The notes beneath the pieces were generated by a model. It was not told the origin of the DNA and made no database searches. It saw only the letters and a list, made by a program, of their open reading frames with translations. Source: a virus (taxonomy: Duplodnaviria > Caudoviricetes). Taken from it: DNA of 64,000 nt. Both the position numbers and the translations under genes were made by a program. This document shows positions 60,142 through 64,000 of the stretch, piece by piece. The stretch covers positions 1 to 64,000 of IMG/VR virus record IMGVR_UViG_2721755758_000001. One strand, given 5' to 3'. Within the stretch, counting starts at the first letter, position 1. Each line of letters begins with the position of its first letter.

Positions 60142-61263
60142 ATGCTTTTTGTAGGGAACGATATCTTAGATACAATTTCAATCAACGAAATGGATAGTTC
60201 TAGCAAAATAAAAAATAATGATTTTTTAATGTTTATTGATTCTGACAATAATACTTTTAAAATTTCTAAAGAAAATTTATTAGAAGAAGTTTATCAAAAT
60301 ATATTTTCATTATATAGCAACATAAAAGATCTGAATATAAAAAAACGATTTTTCAATCCCCAATTAGGCATATTTATGGACTTAAATCCAAATGGTGGTA
60401 TTGAAATTTCTCAAGAAAAGATGATTAACAATTTAGAATTGATAAAAAAATATAAAATAGAAAAACTAGTTATTCAACCATGGGTTATTTGGGATGAATC
60501 TACAAAAAAATTAACTTTAAAAAATTCTATAGAAAATTTAAAGTTTTTAATAAATGAAGCTACTAAAAGAGAAATTAAAATAGCTTGCTTGAAAATACAC
60601 TTTTACAATATTAATTATTCTAATTTAATAAGTAGTGGAAATATTGATTCTTTTATATCTCAATACAAAGCCCTTATTAGTGATTTTCTCTCTTATTTTA
60701 AAGAAATAAATATTCCTTATGTTATTCCTTTTAATGAATGTTCTGTTTTTTATAAAAAAAATTCTTTGTATATAGATTTTGTAAATACAGTCTTATATGC
60801 TGTTAAAGATTTAGGATTCAAGGTTGGGATAAGTACAATGGGTGCTAAAGAAACACTTGAAATGGATGATACTATAAAGAAAAATGTTGATGATTTTTTT
60901 GTAAATTGCTATCCAAAAATATCATATAAATTCGAAGAAACCACATATAGAGATTGTATAAATTCATGGGATAACTCATATGAGCACAAATGTGTTCAAC
61001 AGATAAAATCAGATTTTCCTAATAAAAAAATTATAATGTCAGAAACTGGATGTAATGATTATTGGGTTAGTCTTTGCAATCCAGGGAACTGGAAGCTAAC
61101 TGGAAATGCTAAAACTGGAGGATTAGCTCCAATGTATATGCTAGAAGGTTTATTTAGATCTGATATGCAAGATTATATAGAAGAAGTTTGGTGGTGCTAT
61201 TGGGATAGTATTTTAAATGATAATTGCAAAAATATTATAGAAAGATATATAGGAGGAATATAG
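60142..61263 (+). CDS. Putative GH-A clan TIM-barrel glycoside hydrolase with fibre-like N-terminus
   Basis: PFNE, VNCYP, IIMSETG motifs. Confidence 0.65.
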   Translation: MLFVGNDILDTISINEMDSSSKIKNNDFLMFIDSDNNTFKISKENLLEEVYQNIFSLYSNIKDLNIKKRFFNPQLGIFMDLNPNGGIEISQEKMINNLELIKKYKIEKLVIQPWVIWDESTKKLTLKNSIENLKFLINEATKREIKIACLKIHFYNINYSNLISSGNIDSFISQYKALISDFLSYFKEINIPYVIPFNECSVFYKKNSLYIDFVNTVLYAVKDLGFKVGISTMGAKETLEMDDTIKKNVDDFFVNCYPKISYKFEETTYRDCINSWDNSYEHKCVQQIKSDFPNKKIIMSETGCNDYWVSLCNPGNWKLTGNAKTGGLAPMYMLEGLFRSDMQDYIEEVWWCYWDSILNDNCKNIIERYIGGI

Positions 61264-61264
61264 T

Positions 61265-62014
61265 GTGGAGAAGTTTACTACAGACATAGAAACTGATGAT
61301 TTTGCGCTAACAAATGAAACTAAATATTATGCAAAATTATTCACAACATATACTAATATAAACGAAAGCAATCATTATAATGATTGCCAAATTATTTTCA
61401 GAGTATATCATTTATCATCTACTAGCGGGATGTGTAAACCCAAAGAATTTATAATGACTTTTGTAAGAAATGGTTCAGATATAATTGAATTTAGAGATTT
61501 AAACCCAGAAGAAACATTTTTAAAAATAGGTTATACTGTAAACTCTGATGGTATAGTTACCGTATATGGAAAAGGAAATAAAGTAGGAGCAAAAATTAAA
61601 CTACAGGTATTATATGCAACTACAATAGGTATGTTTAAATTTTATAATAACAGTGAATTTATAAATAATCCCGAAGGATTAATTTTCCCTTCTGTTTTTT
61701 ATGAAAAAACAGAAGAATTAGCTTTAGAAAATGGATGGACTAAAGATACATATATTAACTCATATTATTCTAGAAAAGAAAGAATAGTATTCGTAAATAC
61801 CATAATATATGATGGAATATATAGTGAAGGAACTCTTATAACAACTATACCTTATACACCACAATATAGTATATATATTCCTTGTTCCTGCTATGATAAT
61901 AATAATATTTGCGTATCTGGAATATTAAAAATGAGTAAAGATGGAAAACTTACTGTTATAAATTTACCCAACAACAAAAGAGTTGTATGTAGTTTTTCAT
62001 ATTTTACAATATAA
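61265..62014 (+). CDS. Tail/receptor-binding-like protein
   Basis: Beta-rich; C-terminal LENGW...PYTP...SFSY. Confidence 0.55.
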   Translation: MEKFTTDIETDDFALTNETKYYAKLFTTYTNINESNHYNDCQIIFRVYHLSSTSGMCKPKEFIMTFVRNGSDIIEFRDLNPEETFLKIGYTVNSDGIVTVYGKGNKVGAKIKLQVLYATTIGMFKFYNNSEFINNPEGLIFPSVFYEKTEELALENGWTKDTYINSYYSRKERIVFVNTIIYDGIYSEGTLITTIPYTPQYSIYIPCSCYDNNNICVSGILKMSKDGKLTVINLPNNKRVVCSFSYFTI

Positions 62015-62028
62015 GGAGTGACAATAAA

Positions 62029-62757
62029 ATGGCAGTCATACAAAATATGCAGATTACTAACCGAGGAAAAGTTCTATATTCGAAAGTTCAAGCTGGAAAT
62101 CCATTGAAATTTACTAAATTTAAAATAGGCTCAGGAAAGATAACAAGTGAAAATATAGAAGAACTAGAAGATCTGATTGATTATAAATTTGATGCTTCAT
62201 TGATAAGCATTGTTCCTTTATCATCTGCTAGACAGGCAAAAATAACAACTACATTCAATAATAATGATTTAGAGGAAAGCTACTATATTTGTGAATTTGG
62301 ATTATATGCAGAAGATCCACAAGAAGGAGAAATACTTTACGGATATGCAACTGCAGGAGAATATGGAGATTATTTGGCGCCTATATCGCAAGGTGCTTAT
62401 ACTTGGATATGGGAAGTAAATGCAGCTGTTGGAAATGCCAGTAACATAACGGTTGATGTAAATACGCTTAGTTTTGATATAGGATTATTAAATACAAATG
62501 AAAATTTAACTATTATATCTGGTTCAAATCAATATGAAATAAATCAAAAGGCGGATACATTATTAGAAAAACATGAAGAATTAGTAACATCTAATACAAG
62601 TGACTTAAATCTATTAAAATTAAAATTCGCAATATTATCTGCAACATTAAGCTATGGAATGCAAAATAACGCATTTCTTCTTAATTTTGATGATATAGAT
62701 GATATTTCTCTATCTCGTGGTATATGGGATAAAGAGAATAAGAAAATTTACGTATAG
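62029..62757 (+). CDS. Tail-collar/fibre protein
   Basis: ITNRGK, FTKFKIGSG, EFGLYAEDP.EGEILYGY. Confidence 0.8.
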   Translation: MAVIQNMQITNRGKVLYSKVQAGNPLKFTKFKIGSGKITSENIEELEDLIDYKFDASLISIVPLSSARQAKITTTFNNNDLEESYYICEFGLYAEDPQEGEILYGYATAGEYGDYLAPISQGAYTWIWEVNAAVGNASNITVDVNTLSFDIGLLNTNENLTIISGSNQYEINQKADTLLEKHEELVTSNTSDLNLLKLKFAILSATLSYGMQNNAFLLNFDDIDDISLSRGIWDKENKKIYV

Positions 62758-62769
62758 GAGGAGTATTGA

Positions 62770-64000
62770 ATGGCTTACAATAATATATTATCCATATATA
62801 AACTTAATGATAGTAGTGACTATAATATAGTTAATGTTTCTCAAAAATTTGAAGATAATAAAATTAAATTTTACGCAGAGTTTGTGCCAAGAAGTTATCA
62901 TTACATTTACGATTTGAATTTGAGTGGAAATTTAAAATATACTTTAAATAATGTTGATTGTTATACTCAAAATACTAAAATAGTATTTAGCAAAAATTGT
63001 TCTTTGGCCTCTTGCTATTTTGAAATACCTTTAAGTATAAATGACATTGGGAAAAAAATATGTATGAGTAATGATTACATTATTGGTATTACATGGGGAA
63101 CTAGTCTTGCTCATTATAATTTTAGAATTAGTATTAATGGTTCAACAGGTTCAACAACAATTCCCGCTGACTGGTTTAGTCAACCTCCTACTATAAACGG
63201 TAGCACAGGCGGAACTATAGATTTAGGAAATAAAAATTCTGGATTTAGCATTAATTATACCGTTGATAGTCTTATCAGTAGTGATTCATTGACTGTTATA
63301 GAATATCTAAATGGAAATCAAATTAGAAATATTTCTAACGCTCCTAAAGGACAGACTTTAACTATTAATATTTCTAAAGACCAACTTTATTCTTTACCTT
63401 TAAATACAAAAAATACAATAACTATAAGCGTAAATAACAATCAAGGACAAATAGTATATCAATATTATACTTTTGTTAGAACAAATACTCCTCCGACTAT
63501 ATCAAGTTCAACAACTAATCTGGGAACTTTATCTAACATTCCACCTGCTCTATCGTTTAATATAAATGATGTGGAAAATGATACAAATATGAATTTGAGT
63601 GTATTTTTAGATGATATATTAATAGATTCTAAAACTAATGTTAGTAATAATACAAATTCATATTCAGTGTCTTTATCCAAATGGTTAACTATTAAAAATG
63701 GATCTCATAAGATAAGACTTACAATTCAAGATAGCATAGGTGCTGCAAATAGTCTTGAATTTACATTTATAAAAAATGAAACCACTATGCAATCAGATTC
63801 GTTGACTAATATAATAAAAACTGATATCTTAGCGACAAAAATAGTTTTATTAGCATTGTGGAATGGGTATGAAAATATAGACCAATCAAATTCTTATATA
63901 AAAGTATGTAATAATGCTTATGACACCGCTCCAGTATGGGAAGATGTGTTAAGTGAAGTTATTAGCGGTAATCCTCATACATTTTTAAATAAAACTAAAA
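62770..64000 (+). CDS. Tail fibre/adhesin with Ig-like repeats, truncated by the window end
   Basis: RBS AGGAGG; frame open to 64000; PPTI repeats; VCNNAYDTAPVWED. Confidence 0.75.
   Translation, partial: MAYNNILSIYKLNDSSDYNIVNVSQKFEDNKIKFYAEFVPRSYHYIYDLNLSGNLKYTLNNVDCYTQNTKIVFSKNCSLASCYFEIPLSINDIGKKICMSNDYIIGITWGTSLAHYNFRISINGSTGSTTIPADWFSQPPTINGSTGGTIDLGNKNSGFSINYTVDSLISSDSLTVIEYLNGNQIRNISNAPKGQTLTINISKDQLYSLPLNTKNTITISVNNNQGQIVYQYYTFVRTNTPPTISSSTTNLGTLSNIPPALSFNINDVENDTNMNLSVFLDDILIDSKTNVSNNTNSYSVSLSKWLTIKNGSHKIRLTIQDSIGAANSLEFTFIKNETTMQSDSLTNIIKTDILATKIVLLALWNGYENIDQSNSYIKVCNNAYDTAPVWEDVLSEVISGNPHTFLNKTK

Larger units (their letters stand above)
1512..64000. mobile_element. Temperate prophage with contractile tail; right end beyond the window
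   Basis: Gene order integrase, repressor/cro, replication, terminase, portal, capsid, sheath, tube, tape measure, baseplate. Confidence 0.97.

Noticed and set aside
62623-62635. Boundary-motif-like AAATTCGCAATAT
   Set aside because: Inside a tail gene and not at a stop codon; shows the motif has a chance background
830-63680. Short opposite-strand ORFs in the track (e.g. 830-1048, 2188-2445, 5858-6160, 9414-9626, 25240-25437, 52303-52605, 53356-53871)
   Set aside because: They lie antisense to well-supported genes and have the biased composition of shadow frames
1512-64000. Genome-wide TAG recoding
   Set aside because: Many intact genes end in TAG right before the next gene (e.g. 10746, 45693, 51380, 51823); internal TAGs were seen only in two nuclease genes; no suppressor tRNA seen
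60000-64000. Diversity-generating retroelement or invertible tail-fibre cassette
   Set aside because: No reverse transcriptase, invertase or TR/VR pair in the window; cannot be excluded beyond 64000

Overview
AT-rich, Clostridium-like DNA. Bases 1-~1511 are the 5' part of a host SUV3/SF2-type helicase gene, cut just after its DEAQ motif. The remainder (~1512 to >64000) is the left ~62 kb of a temperate contractile-tailed prophage. Its modules, in order: large serine integrase; immunity switch (XRE repressor/cro); recombination and replication (SbcC-like ATPase, annealing protein, MBL hydrolase, initiator with iterons, DnaB); a long accessory early region (three tandem sigma factors, ThyA, two methyltransferases, SSB, GH13, SpoIIID, two AbrB-like genes, HNH nucleases); then packaging, head, neck, tail and baseplate genes, with inserted HEPN, GH2-LamG, acyltransferase and GH-A genes. 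Lysis genes and attR lie beyond the window. Best leads: (1) an unannotated 39-aa peptide behind a LexA-type box that copies the C-terminus of the non-self-cleaving repressor, a candidate SinI-like antirepressor; (2) a 17-bp operator repeated about 10 times over 26 kb; (3) a split, order-permuted baseplate hub gene carrying two wall hydrolases; (4) two HNH genes each interrupted by TAG at an expected Trp; (5) a suite of phage-borne sporulation regulators; (6) a stop-codon-anchored motif at boundaries of small accessory genes. Family assignments come from motifs recognised by eye; no searches were run.
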